The translations under genes were made by a program, and so were the position numbers. A stretch of 64,000 nucleotides of DNA from Eledone cirrhosa (Eukaryota): contig OZ024741.1 in NCBI GenBank assembly GCA_964016885.1, forward strand, positions 391,964,001 through 392,028,000, in the 5' to 3' direction. Positions within the stretch are counted from its first letter, which is position 1. Each line of letters begins with the position of its first letter. Of this stretch, positions 12,724-25,516 are shown piece by piece. The notes under the pieces were generated by a model. It was given only the letters and a program-made list of their open reading frames with translations. It searched no databases and was not told the DNA's origin.

Positions 12724-12802
12724 TTTATACTCTGCTATGTATTGAGTACCTTACTTACTGTGGTTACCTCCAATTCAACTCGGAATAACTTATATATCTA
12801 TA

Positions 12803-12852
<50 letters not shown>

Positions 12853-13123
12853 AGAAAGGAGGAATATAAAAATAGTTAAGAATTTTGATGATAGAATGTT
12901 TCTGTAAGTTAAATAGACACCTGGCTTATTTCCATAACCAAATATGGTAAAAAAAACAAAACAACAATAAATATTTCAGTTTACTGAAACAGAACATTGA
13001 TGGTATGAGGTGTAAAATAGGGTAATGTCTGGAATACCAGGAAACTAGTGCTCTCTTTGAAGAAAGGATTCTTCTTTACCTTTTTTTTTTACCCATCAGT
13101 TACCTAATGCTTAAATGTAACTG

Positions 13124-13585
13124 CCGTATATACTCAAATATAAGTCAACCTCCTGTTTTATATTTGAGAAATGGGTGTTTAAGCCAAGGTTTGGTGCAGT
13201 CACCATTATGTTAAGATGGTGCAGTCTTGAAATTCTCATGAGTGGAAAATATATTTATAATATTTTGATATTTAAAATGTTTTAAGTGTTTAGCGTATAG
13301 TTTTTGTTTTACAACTCCATTAAGTAATTATTATTTTACCAATTTCCAACCGTTTTGAAGGCCATATTCATTCAAAACAAATCAAATTTCTATAAAGTGA
13401 AGTGGTGCAATATTCACTTCCAAAGTAAAACTGGTGTAATATTCACCTCCAGAGCAAACATTTTAGTACCTCATTTACGTAGAGTTTGAAGATAGTGAAA
13501 AATTGACGTTGAATATAAGTTGACTCCAATTTTACCATAAAATTTTTTGTCACATATTTCTTGGTTTATATGCAAGTATATATGG
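13124..13585. mobile_element. Tc2/pogo-like MITE (related partial copies at ~27745-28055 and ~42340-42750)
   Basis: ccgtatatactcaaatataagtc ... ggtttatatgcaagtatatatgg; shared internal aatattcacctcc/ggtgtaatatt motifs. Confidence 0.65.
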
Positions 13586-14849
13586 TAGTTCTTCATATCC
13601 AATGTTGAAAAATCTCTAATGACAAAGAAAAAAGAAATTCTTTCAAACATTTCTACATCTGTGGTGTTGTTGTTTAGCCCCAAGATAACTGATTGAGCAG
13701 ATGTATGATCAAAAGTATTCCAGCCATGAACATCCCATCTTTTTACATCTAAAACTACATTATTTATGACTACAAAGTGTGCTTTAAAGGAGAATTGGCT
13801 GTTATTTCTAGCCAATTGAATGACTACTTATCAATAATAATAAAGCACCGACATATCACAACTGTTTGCAGCAATTCATCTTTCTAATAGCTAATTGGCA
13901 TAGCTTCTATGACTGGATGCCCTTCCTAACAACAACCTTTTCATGGTATGTAACGAGTTTAAGTTTTCATGATACAAAGACTACCAATTTACAGTGTTGG
14001 CTGGGTACATTTTATGACACCAGCACTTCTATATTCCAGTGTGGGCTGAGCACTGAGCACCAGTTCTACCACATTTCAACACTAGGATGCTTGTATCCTT
14101 GGTTAAGCTGGAAGGATTGTTGGAACAAATATTGATACAGCTAGAGGTATTTTTTATTTCAAACCACTTAATTGTCAATTGGTGTGATAGTAATTAATAT
14201 TTAGTTACTCAGAAACAAGCAGGGGGAACACAATAACTTATGCCTATAACTCCTGTTGATAGTCAGATAGTAGTTATTTCAAATAACTTTTTTATATTTA
14301 CTTTGTTTCCTTGCCTTTATATATTCTCAGTTGAAAAATCTTTCTTCACTCAGAGAAAGCACTGAAATATCAAATTACTTTTCTCCTCACAGTATACAAA
14401 CTTGTCCAAATTCACAAACACAGATCACTATTAGTTTCCTTACTCCGTTTTAAAGCTGATAATTATTTTGGCAGTCTTTCAACATAGAAAGGCAGAAACA
14501 TACTTTAAATGGATGCAGCAGCAAACATTTAAGGCCATTTTATTCCTGCTTGAGCAGGGGTTGGCCTTGAAGGCTCCATGCTCATCATGAAGTTTTTTTT
14601 GAAGCAATGTTTTATGACTGGATGTTCTTCTTGGTGCCAACTTGTTTTATTGCTTCTTATGACACTCTGTCATGCAATGTACCTATTCTAAACAGGATAC
14701 ACATAGCATTTGCATACCTTAAATTGATGATGTTGCATAAATGACCAAAAATAATAATAATAGCTACAGAGCAACCTACTTTTATTGTGTTTAACTCATA
14801 AAAAAAAAAAAAATTAATTAATCTACAAAGAATATCAAAGTTGAAATAC

Positions 14850-15059
14850 CTCAGGAGCAAAATCTCCAATATGTGCTTTTTCAGTTTCTAAGGCTTGAGC
14901 AGATACAAAGAGAGGAAAGTAAGCATTTTCTACACCTAACATCTTAATCTCTTTATCAAAGAAATCATGAATGGCTTCCCAGATACTGTACGCCCATGGA
15001 CGTAAGATGTAACAGCCACTAACATCGTAATATTCAATCATTTCAGCTTTGGTGATCAC
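14850..15059 (-). CDS. EPRS1: EPRS exon, ProRS motif 1 region
   Basis: [70 protein letters not shown]. Confidence 0.97.
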
Positions 15060-15350
15060 CTACAAAAAGGTTAAAAAAAAAGGGAGGGGTAAGGATTAAA
15101 GTAATGTGGAAAAAAAAAAAAAAGAAAATTAACAAACGGAAATAGATTTAATAAAATTGTTATCCTATAACAATGTTATTTGTAGAAGTTATTAAAATAA
15201 CTGTCTATTAATATTTCTATCTTTGTAAATTTATAATCAAAACCCAGTTTATTCATGTAAATTTAAATTGTATAGGATCATTAGCAAGGTGAAAAAATTA
15301 TTTAAAATAAAAGAAAGTTATTTGATAAATTGTTAAATATTTCAATATAC

Positions 15351-15402
15351 CTGAGAATACCAATCAGAAAGTGATTCTTCTTTCTTGGCTTCTAGTCCAA
15401 GT
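15351..15402 (-). CDS. EPRS1: EPRS exon, start of ProRS
   Basis: LGLEAKKEESLSDWYSQ. Confidence 0.95.
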
Positions 15403-16794
15403 CTAGAATAAGAGATAAATGAAAATATAAAACATGAAGAATTCCTCCTCCTCATCATCATCATCACTGTTTAATGTCTATTTTTCATCCTAGCATGGGT
15501 TAAATGAGCTGACCCGTTGTCAGACAAATCAGATTGGGTGGTCATGTTTTGTTCATACAGAACTGGCTTGGTTTCTATGGCTGGATGCCCTTCCTAACAC
15601 CAACCACATTAGTGTGGACTGGGTGCTTTTTATCATGGCACTAAAATAACTGACGGGTTGGACTGAGTACTTTTTCATTGTGTCATCAACATGACCGCCT
15701 TACAGGGTGGACTGGGCTACTTTTTGTCGTGTCACCAGCAAGGCCACCTTACATGGTGGACTAGAGGCTTTTGTTGTGTCACCAGTATGACTACCTTACT
15801 GAGTGGACTAAGACCGTTTAGCTATTTCATGGGAGAGTGTGTCCAGCTTTCCATCCTTCTATGCATGGGTTGGACAGGAGAGGTGTATCAGATGAGGAAG
15901 GTGGGGTTGGGGGAAAATATGGTGTGTATATGCAGGAGAGGGATTGGAGAAGGTCTAAGGTGGGAGCACTTAGCTGTTAAGACACAGGGGGGGGCGTATG
16001 AATGGGCGAGAGGAGAAGAATTGGCGCATATCCTTTAGATGTTTGCTTCATCCCATGCACATGGGAAGGTGGGTTTTCTGCAGTACTGTATATTGCCAAA
16101 GATCTTGAACCTATGTCATTCATTGCCTTTGAGAGGTTTATTTAACTACCATATCTAGGATATCAGCAATAATGTCTTTTTTTCTTCTTTAGCCAGAGGA
16201 GGAATAGCAATACCTATTACTCATATCAGGGCTTTCAAGACAGGTGATGATAAAGGGAGAAGGTTGTTCTCTGACCAGAGAGGCCTAACCTGAATGTTCA
16301 CAATAGAATCAACTCTGCTAAAAATACTCAAGTCAGGCGGTGTTAAATCAGCTGTTGGATTAAGTTATAAATGTTACCAAATCTGAACATATCAGTGCAT
16401 AAATCTTCTCTATCACAAACGCATATCTATTCCTCTTTGTGTTGTTCTTGTTTAGCACCAAGTCAGTCCTGATTGGTCAGGCCTTTGATCAAAGGCATTC
16501 CAGCCATGATTATCCCATCTTTTGTTTTTTTTGTTAGATACAGTGTACTATGGACTACATTATCCAATGTATGCTTTTAAAAGACCGGTGTGATTTGTGG
16601 GGATTTTAGCTGCTATTTCTAGCAGGTTGAGCGATTGCATAAATGATGTCTTGCTGGCTTTGTGTATTCAGTCTGTATATTTAGTATATTTATTTATCTA
16701 TTAACTGTATTTACTTTATTAATATATGTTCAATCTGATATGCACTGGTGTAATCTGAATATTGAAATATTTACACCAACCATTCTTTATTGAA

Positions 16795-17865
16795 CTATGT
16801 TTCGGTCCTCAGCCCGCTCTTGTTCATTATAGTCCTCCAAGCCATAACAGAGGAGTTTAAGACTGGCTGTCCATGGGAACTTCTCTATGCTGATGATCTG
16901 GTTCTTATAGCAGAATCAGTAGAGGAGCTAGAGAATAAATTCTGGCTATGGAAACAGCAGTTGGAAGCAAGAGGACTGAGAGTGAACATAGCTAAGACAA
17001 AAATGTTGATGAGTAGAAAAGAGGACAAAACTCTGATTCTGTCACGGAAATGGCCATGTTCGATATGCAGATAAGGAACTGGCATAAATTCTATAAAATG
17101 CACACAATGCAGATCCTGGGTACACAAGAGATGTAGCGAGATAGCAGGCAAACTAACAGGTAGGGAGAAAAATGTATGCAGTAGATGTACAGGGAAATTA
17201 GACAGTAGAAGTCGCATTGATAGACACATTTTTCAAATGCAGGAGGGCGCTATAGAAGTGGTGGATAGCTTCTGGTACCTAGGAGATCAGATTAGCATGG
17301 GAGGGGGGTGTTCCGAGGCCATAGTATCTAGAATAAGGACGGGTTGGAAGAAGGGTTTCTCCCTGCTGACGAAGAAGGGTTTCTCCCTGCATCCAGTTAT
17401 ATGATGCCTGTGTGAGGAGCGCGATGCTGCATGGTAGTGAGACATGGGCAGCAACTGCAGAGGATATGCAACGGCTGGAGAGAAATGAGGCAAGCATGCT
17501 CCGTTGGATGTGCAATCTCAATGTGCGTGAACGACCCAGCATGGACGTGTTGAGAGAGAAACTGTGTCTGAGAGGGATAGAATGTAGTGTGCGAGAGAGG
17601 AGACTGCAATGGTATGGACATGTGATGCGCATGGAGGATGACTGATGGGTGAAGAAGTGCCAGGAAATGCCAGTTGAAGGAAGACATGGTAGAGGTAGAC
17701 CATGAAAAACATGGGCGGAGGTGGTGAGAACAGACCTCAGATCGCTGAAGCTCACGGTGGAGATGATGAAGGACCGTGACAAGTGGAGAGATGCTGTGCT
17801 GAATAAGACCCATCCCACCCTTGCAAACAGGGAAAAGCGGACGTAAAATGATGATGATGATGATG
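16795..17865 (+). mobile_element. RTE LINE 3' fragment, decayed
   Basis: SVLSPLLF...LYADD...RRLQWYGHVMRM with stops and frameshifts; (TGA)n tail. Confidence 0.92.
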
Positions 17866-19023
17866 TTTCAACTACAACTTAAATATACTGAGACAAAGAG
17901 GATGACCACCATAACAAATCATACGCATACAACTTTAATTAAGTGCCAAAGAAATATATATGCCCCCAGGCTATGAAGACATGCTGCCCTGTTTAGCAAA
18001 CATATTTGTTTTATAGTACTGTGAGTCAACTCACCTACCATAACAAGAATGACTACCCACTATTACTTCAACTATCTTGACAATGTATAAGAGTGAGGGA
18101 ACAACATTGCTATAACTAGAATGCCTCTGAACATACATCAGCTCAGTAGACGTTGAGCTGGGACCCAACAATAATTTGGAAGCTGAACTGGCTCTTTCAG
18201 TTTATTTCCCTTGCTATCCTCGAGGATAACATATTTACCACTGACTGCTAGGACCATGAAGCAAAATCAGCAGTAGGGTTTATTTGATATAGTGGTTATT
18301 ATCTGTGACAGAATCATTAGAGCATTGGACAGAATGCTTTGTGACATTTAGTTACAACCCTTTACATTCTAGTGAGCAAATTAGTAGTGGAGTAATGTGT
18401 TATGAAAGCATAGTGGCCCAAATAAGAATTGAGTGGGAAAAGTTCAGGGAGTAACTACATCTGCTGGCAATAAGATTCTGTCTCCAAATGAAGGGTAAAT
18501 TGTATGATGCCTGAGTATGAAGAGCAATGTTGGATAGTATCGAATGCAGAAGATGTGTAAAAGCTAGAAAGAAATTAATCATGTATGCTCTACTGGTGCG
18601 TGAACAGAGCAAATCATAGATGAGTTAAGAAGATTGCACTGGTACCGACATGTAATTAATGCTGCTCAGTGTGTGAAAAAGTGTCAGAAATTCTAAATGG
18701 AAGGAACATGTGGTAGACATAGGCCAATGAAAACTTGGGCAGAAGTAGTAAAAGCAGATCTTAGGATGCAACAATGGAGAGGTTTTGTCTAACCCATCCA
18801 AAGAGAGCAAAAGGGCATATAAATTATGACTTTTTGAGTAATGTAAAACACATTTTCTAAGGGAAAGGAATGAAATTTATGATGCTTATGTTTTTCCAAA
18901 AGTCATTTGTAAAATGAATTGAAACTATGCTAAAAATTTAGTTTTCCCTATGTTCAAAACAACTATCTGAATAACGTATTCACAATAAAAACAAAAAACA
19001 TGATGATGATAATGATAAATTAC

Positions 19024-19208
19024 CTGCTTGTTTTTTTAATCTCCTTTCCAGTATGTTCTTCACTGTTTTTATTCACAGGAGCCTTCTCTTTTTTAGGTGC
19101 AGATTGTTTTTCTTTAGTTTCTTTTGGAGGCTTCCAATCTTGGCCACAATGACTTTTGTAATCAGCTTTTAGTGAAAGCAAGATTTTTACTTCAGCATCC
19201 ACCTGTTC
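19024..19208 (-). CDS. EPRS1: EPRS exon, WHEP4 helix 2 plus linker
   Basis: EQVDAEVKILLSLKADYKSHCGQDWKPPKETKEKQSAPKKEK...KEIKKTS. Confidence 0.93.
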
Positions 19209-20376
19209 CTGTTGGTTTAAATATAATAGATACACTTTTGATTTCACTTCCCTTATTATGAACTTTACCTTTCATCCATTATTATTACTAAAATAATGCC
19301 GGTAATATACTAGGGAAATGCCATTGAAACCCTACTATCATTGACTTTGGTTTCCATTATTATTTACAATTTGTGATCTTGATGCCCAGCGTGCTTTTTT
19401 AACCCTTTTCATATCAACTCACCCTATGAAACAAAGCAATCCAAATTAAAGAGTTTTATTTAATCCTTCCAACATAATTTTATATAAGAACCATTTCTTA
19501 AGTTATGTTACAAATAATACCATCTTAATTATGAAATAATAATTTTAATAAACCTCTCCAAATTCTTCAATATTTATTTAATTTCAATTAATTGAAATAC
19601 AGTGGATTTCTAACAAAACAAAAAAGCCTTGTAATTAAAAACATATAACTTTGTTTTACATTCATTTTTATTTTTAACCTGTGTACCTGGATTAGAATAA
19701 GTACATATCTTTGCATGTTGTAAGAGACTAAAAGTGTCAGGAAGGCCTCCTGTTGTAAAACATTGCCTCAAAAAGTCTAGTCCAACCCATGCTAGCATGG
19801 AAAAGTGGCCATAAAAACAATGATGATATCAATATCCAATGTTAAGATGGTTAATTTGTAATTATTTCAAATCCTTGAAGAAGCCTTTACTACAGCTAGC
19901 TACCCAATGTAGGAGTGGAACCTGTTTTGTTTTCTCCTTCAGTAAGATTTGAACTCATGACGATATGGTCAGTAATCCATTGGTGAGTGAACAGCAAATC
20001 ATAGATGAGTTAAGAGGATTGCACTGGTACAGACATGTAATGTATATGGATGATGTTCAATGTGTGAAAAAGTGCTTGAAATTCCAAATGGAAGGAAGAT
20101 GTGGATGTCAAAAGAAAAGAGACAAGTGGATGCAATACTAGAGAGGATTTGTCTAACTATAGAGAGAAGTATAGCTCTTAAGTCAATGATCCTGTCCAGG
20201 ACAAGATTTGACAGCTACATATTTCTCTGTGTAACATAACACTGAATAACTGAGTGAAAAAGTGGGATCTAAAATATAGAATATCTTAAATGTTTAACTG
20301 AGAACTTAATATATTTTGCTAGTTTTCAGTCCCAACTCAATTAAAGTAGAATAATAGGTAAGAAATAACAATATAC

Positions 20377-20589
20377 CTTTGATGCTTTATCAGCTTTAAG
20401 TTGTCTAATTTTGTTCCCTTGCTCTGTAATCTTCTGATTTAATTCAACAACAGCTGGATCAGTGACAGCAGGTGTTTTGCCTTTATCACCATTTACTGGC
20501 AATGCATCTGGTTTCCAGACAGTTCCAGTCAGAGTTTTAAATTCACCCTTCAAGGTTAATAATATATTTACTTGAGCAGTTATTTCTTC
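20377..20589 (-). CDS. EPRS1: EPRS exon, WHEP3 helix 2 plus WHEP4 helix 1 (duplicate copy)
   Basis: EEITAQVNILLTLKGEFKTLTGTVWKPD...LNQKITEQGNKIRQLKADKASK; 213 nt, CAG/GTATAT. Confidence 0.92.
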
Positions 20590-20825
20590 CTGGAAAGAAA
20601 AAGAATTAGAAAAGATTTCTCTTAACAGTAAAGCAAACACTATAGCACCATAAATGTCTACTAAACTTCTTTATTTCATAAATGTTAGGGATTAATACGG
20701 CTAGGGTTTATCTCAAAGTTTTTCAGAATTAAGCAGAGGAGATACATTTTTCCTGGAGAGGATGATCTAGATATCTTTTGAAGAAAGGTTTAACACCTAT
20801 CTTTAGTTAGATAAACTAGGAATTA

Positions 20826-21028
20826 CCGTATATATTCAAACATAAGCTGAGCCCCTATTTTATGTCCGAGAAATGGATAAAATTTCGAACTCTGTTTATA
20901 GCTGAGAGAGTTAATCAACACATTGTTTTATGTATGGATGGCGAATATAAGCGCCCCCCCCCCCCCCCCCCATTTTACCATCAATGTTTTGGTCACATAT
21001 TCCTCAACTTATATTTGAATATATATGG
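20826..21028. mobile_element. Tc2/pogo-like MITE
   Basis: ccgtatatattcaaacataagctgag ... ctcaacttatatttgaatatatatgg. Confidence 0.72.
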
Positions 21029-21612
21029 TTAGTGTGATGTGTAGTAATACAATGAAATACTTTCTGTAGACTTCTATTGAAACTCATGAATATTACATAT
21101 GTAACTGAATTATTTAGATGGACTTTTCACAATCACATCTGAACTGAAACAACTGAAGTGACTTTCATCTACCATTCGTAATAAATTCACAATATTTTTC
21201 GTTATAATTATAAGATACATATCTCCTTTAACACAAACAATCTAAATATTTGTATCTAAATATCTTCAATTTTCTTCTCAATATAATCATATCTGATCAT
21301 CACTGATCATCATCATCTTCGTTTAACGTCCATCTTCCACGCTAGCATGGGTTAGACGGGATGTTAGTAATATTCTCACAATACACATGAAGTATTTCTT
21401 TGATCAATGGGTCAGTTAGGCAATATATCAAGCATTAGATTTACCATCAAATGGTGGTGGGCTCAATAACAGTTACATATAAAAGCACTAAATTAAGAAC
21501 TTTCTTAGACGGAACAGCTATCTCAATAATTTTGAGAATGCAAGTCCTAGAAAATTGTGGTTATCATCTCTCACATCTTATGTAGAAATTACATAACTCA
21601 GATTAAGAATTG

Positions 21613-21980
21613 TTATCATCATCATTTTACGTGTGCTTTTCCCTGCTTGCAAGGGTGGGATGGGTCCTATTCAGCACAGCATCTCTCCACTTGTCACGGT
21701 CCTTCGTCATCTCCTCTGTGAGTTTCAGTGATCTGAGGTCTGCTCTCACCACCTCCACCCATGTTTTACGTGGCCTACCTCTACTGCGTCTTCCTTCTAC
21801 TGGGATTTCTTGGCACTTCTTTACTCAGCGGTCATCCTCCATGCGCATCACATGTCCATACCATTGCAGTCTTCTCTCCCGCACACTACAACTTATCTCT
21901 CTTATACACAGTTTCTCTCTCAACTCATCTATGCTTGGTCGTTCACGCATATTGAGATTGCACATCCAACGGAGCATGCT
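21613..21980 (-). mobile_element. RTE LINE 3' fragment
   Basis: Antisense of MLRWMC...RLQWYGHVMRM...GRPRKTW plus tail. Confidence 0.88.
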
Positions 21981-22350
21981 AAATTTTAATTTTTCCCTAA
22001 GTGAGGCAGTAACAAGTAAAATATTATGTACAGTGTTAGTTTATAGCATGGCTATCTCTATGCAATGAAACAATCAACAGAATTTATTAAAAAATAGTTG
22101 CTGTTAGATCAATATAAAAGATATTGTTTATGTTTTGTTCACTACATATCCAGTTTAGCTATTAAATATTGCCTAAAAAAGAGATCCCATGATGAGCATG
22201 AAATCTGTCATGAGGTCCAACAAGGCTAACTTCTGAATTAGAAAGGAAAGTGGCCTTAAATCACTTGCGTTGTGTTGTATCACTTTCATCTAGCAGCAAG
22301 TTGAGTCATTTTCATTTATTAAAATATAAATTGAATTATAAATCACTAAC

Positions 22351-22563
22351 CTTTGATGCTTTATCAGCTTTAAGTTGTCTAATTTTGTTCCCTTGCTCTG
22401 TAATCTTCTGATTTAATTCAACAACAGCTGGATCAGTGACAGCAGGTGTTTTGCCTTTATCACCATTTACTGGCAATGCATCTACTTTCCAGTCAGTTCC
22501 AGTCAGAGTTTTAAATTCACCTTTCAAGGTTAATAATATATTTACTTGAGCAGTTATTTCTTC
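22351..22563 (-). CDS. EPRS1: EPRS exon, WHEP2 helix 2 plus WHEP3 helix 1 (duplicate copy)
   Basis: EEITAQVNILLTLKGEFKTLTGTDWKVD...LNQKITEQGNKIRQLKADKASK; 213 nt, CAG/GTTAGT. Confidence 0.92.
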
Positions 22564-22745
22564 CTGGAAGGAAAAAGAATAAGGAAAAATTACTCTTAAC
22601 AATAAAGCAAACACTATAGAACTATAAATGTCTACTAAACTTCTTTATTTCATAAATGTTAGGGATTAATATGTACAACTGAATTCACCTAAAGTGACTT
22701 TCATTTGTAATAAATTGACAACATTTTTCGTTATAATTCATAATT

Positions 22746-23707
22746 CATCATCATCATTTTACGTCCACTTTTCCCTGCTTGCAAGGGTGGGATGGGTCCT
22801 CTTCAGCACAGCATTCCTCCATTTGTCACGGTCCTTCGTCATCTCCTCTGTGAGCTTCAGTGATCTGAGGTCAGCTCTCACCACCTCCACCCATGTTTTC
22901 CGTGGTCTTCTACTGCGTCTTCCTTCCACTGGGATTACTTGGCATTTCTTCACCCAGTAATCATCATCCATGCGCATCACATGGCCACATCAATATAGTT
23001 TTTCCTCCTGCACACTACATTTTATTCCTCTTATATACAGTTTCACTCTCAACTCATCCATTCTTGGTCGTTCATGCATATTCACATTGAACATCCATTA
23101 GAGCATGCTTGCTTTATTTCTCTCCAGTTGTCGCATATCCTCTGCAGTTGCTGCCCATGTCTCACTACCATGCAGCATCTCACATCTCACACAGGCATCA
23201 TACAACCAACCTTTCGTTCGCAGGGAGAAACCCTTTGTTGTCAATAGAGGGAGCAGCTTCCATGCTGTCCTTATTCTAGATACTATGGCCTCGAAGCATC
23301 CTCCTCCCTTACTAATCTGATCACCCAGATATTGAAAGCTATCAACTATCTCTATAGATCCAACCCGTGTTTGAAAAATGTGCCTATCACTGACACTTCT
23401 ACTATTAATTTTCCCTGAACATCTACATACAAAATTTTCCTTTCCTGTTAGTTTGCCTGTTATCCCATTACACCTCTTCTGTACCCAAGATCTGCATTGT
23501 GTACATTCTATAGAACTAACTCCTTTTCTACATATAGAGCATGACCATTTCCCTGATGGAATCAGAGTCTTGTCCTCTTTCCTACTTATCAATACTTTAG
23601 TCTTTGCTAGGTTCACTCTCAGTCCCCTTGATTCCAACTGCTGTTTCCACAGCTGGAATTTATTCTCTAGCACCCCTACTGATTCTGCTATAAGTACCAG
23701 ATTGTCA
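22746..23707 (-). mobile_element. RTE LINE 3' fragment
   Basis: DNLVLIAES...LRVNLAKTKVL...FQYLGD...GRRSRRPRKTW; tail at 22746. Confidence 0.9.
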
Positions 23708-24592
23708 GGGTTTGGGAAATGTAGTAGATAATGTAAGTAGATGTATATCGTTGCCATTTTTAATTAAAAACTTTATGTAAATATGTGTGTCCGTGTGTCC
23801 TCAATTTGAGGCATCATGCAGATAAGTGTTAAAAAAATGTTATAACGTAGAGATTTGAAATGTTGTGTATATATATATATATATGTTAGATGTACATGTG
23901 CATTGTGTGTGTATCTATATGTATGTAGTTGTTTATAGGTACGTAGGGTTTGGGAAATGTAGCAGATAATGTATGTAGTCGCAATTTCCCACGCTCTCAC
24001 CCCCACTTCCGGTATACACGCCTGATGCCATACACTTCCTCTTGCAGATAGCACCCTAAATATATAGTCACCTAAAACCTCATCATCACTTTCTCTTCCC
24101 TGACCCCCCCCCCCCCCCCCTCCACATGGGATATGTAGACCCAATAAAAGTACATGAATATAATGAATAGCGGCCCATGACCACTCAGAACAGGCATGGG
24201 GTGGATGAAGGCTCTGTAAACCATAGTATAGGCAACCCGTCTAGGAGAGCAACCACTCCGAATAAATTGGTGTGCGGTGGAGAAGCCCCCTAAGTCCAGC
24301 AAGATGCCTTCCCTAATGCTGGTGGTGGCATGAATAAAAGCATCCGGTCCATGCTGTAAAATGGAGGTGATGGAAGTGGCATTCAGCCATTAAAAACCAT
24401 ACCAAAGTATGGGGTGGAGAGGGCCCCTGAGTCCAGTAAGACAACCTCTCTAGTGCTGGTGGTACAAATAAAAGTACCCAGTTCATGCTGTAAAATGGTG
24501 CTGGTATTAGGAAGGGCATCCAATCAGTATATTATTAATGCCAAATTATGAGTACAAAATACAAATATTATTATTATAATATACATATGGAT

Positions 24593-24895
24593 GGAGGCAC
24601 ATGGCTTAGTGGTTAGAGCATTGGCCTTGCAATCGAAAGGTTGTGAGTTCAATTCTCAGACCGGGTGATGTGTTGTTTCCTTGAGCAAGACACTTTATTT
24701 CACATTACTCCAGTTTACTCAGCTGTAGAAATGACAAAGTGGTCGTGGAGGTGCCACGGCAAAAAAGCACCCAGCACTCACTGTAAATGAGGTTGGTGTT
24801 AGGAAGGGCATCCAGCTGTAAAAATCAAACCAGAATCAGTTCCGTCCCACCCTTGCAAGCAAGGAAAAGCGGACGTAATATGATGATGATGACGA
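24593..24895 (+). mobile_element. tRNA-derived CORE-like SINE with RTE tail
   Basis: Same family as 498-940. Confidence 0.85.
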
Positions 24896-25516
24896 CATAT
24901 CTCCTTTAACACAAACAATCTAAATACTTCAATTTTCTTCTCAATATAATCATACCTTCACTGATGTTAGTAATATTCTCACAATACACATGAAGTATTT
25001 CTTTGATCAATGGGTCAGTTAGGCAATATATCAAGAATTAGATTTACCATCAAATGGTGGTGGGCTCAATAACACTTACATATAAAAGCACTAAATTAAG
25101 TACTTTCTTAGACTGAACAGCTATAGCAATAACAAGCAGTATAGCAGTAACAAGTAAAATATTATGTACAGTGTTAGTTTATAGCAATAGCTATCTCTAT
25201 GCAATGTAACTAACAATAGAATTTATTAAAAAATAGTTGCTATTAGACCAATATAAAATAAGATGTTTATGTAATAAGTACACCATATTTCTATGAGTAA
25301 AAAGGTTGGTCCCAGAAAGGGCATCCAGCTATATATAACACTGCTTCAAAAAAATATCCCATGATGAGTATGAAACCTGCCATGAGGTCCACAAGGCTTA
25401 CACCTGCTTCAGCAAGAAAAATGGCCTTAAAATACTTGCGGTGTGCCATTTTCATATAGCAGCAAATTTAGTCTTTTTCAATTATTAAAAGATAAACTGA
25501 ATTATAAATCACTCAC

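Larger units (their letters stand above)
20377..25516. repeat. Tandem duplication of WHEP exon plus intron (20377-22350 vs 22351-25516)
   Basis: Collinear matching blocks: 20377-20697/22351-22671, ~21217-21290/~24895-24955, 21361-21521/24964-25124, 22006-22120/25144-25260, ~22170-22350/~25340-25516, interrupted by different TE insertions. Confidence 0.93.

Noticed and set aside
23704-24154. Solo LTR (TG start, TATA, AATAAA)
   Set aside because: The TGTCAG belongs to the adjacent RTE fragment; no TSD or matching terminus was found.
24170-24280. HDV-like ribozyme near a LINE-5'UTR-like motif (ggcaacccgtctaggagag)
   Set aside because: I could not build the nested double pseudoknot (no convincing P3/L3/P1.1); it needs a descriptor search.
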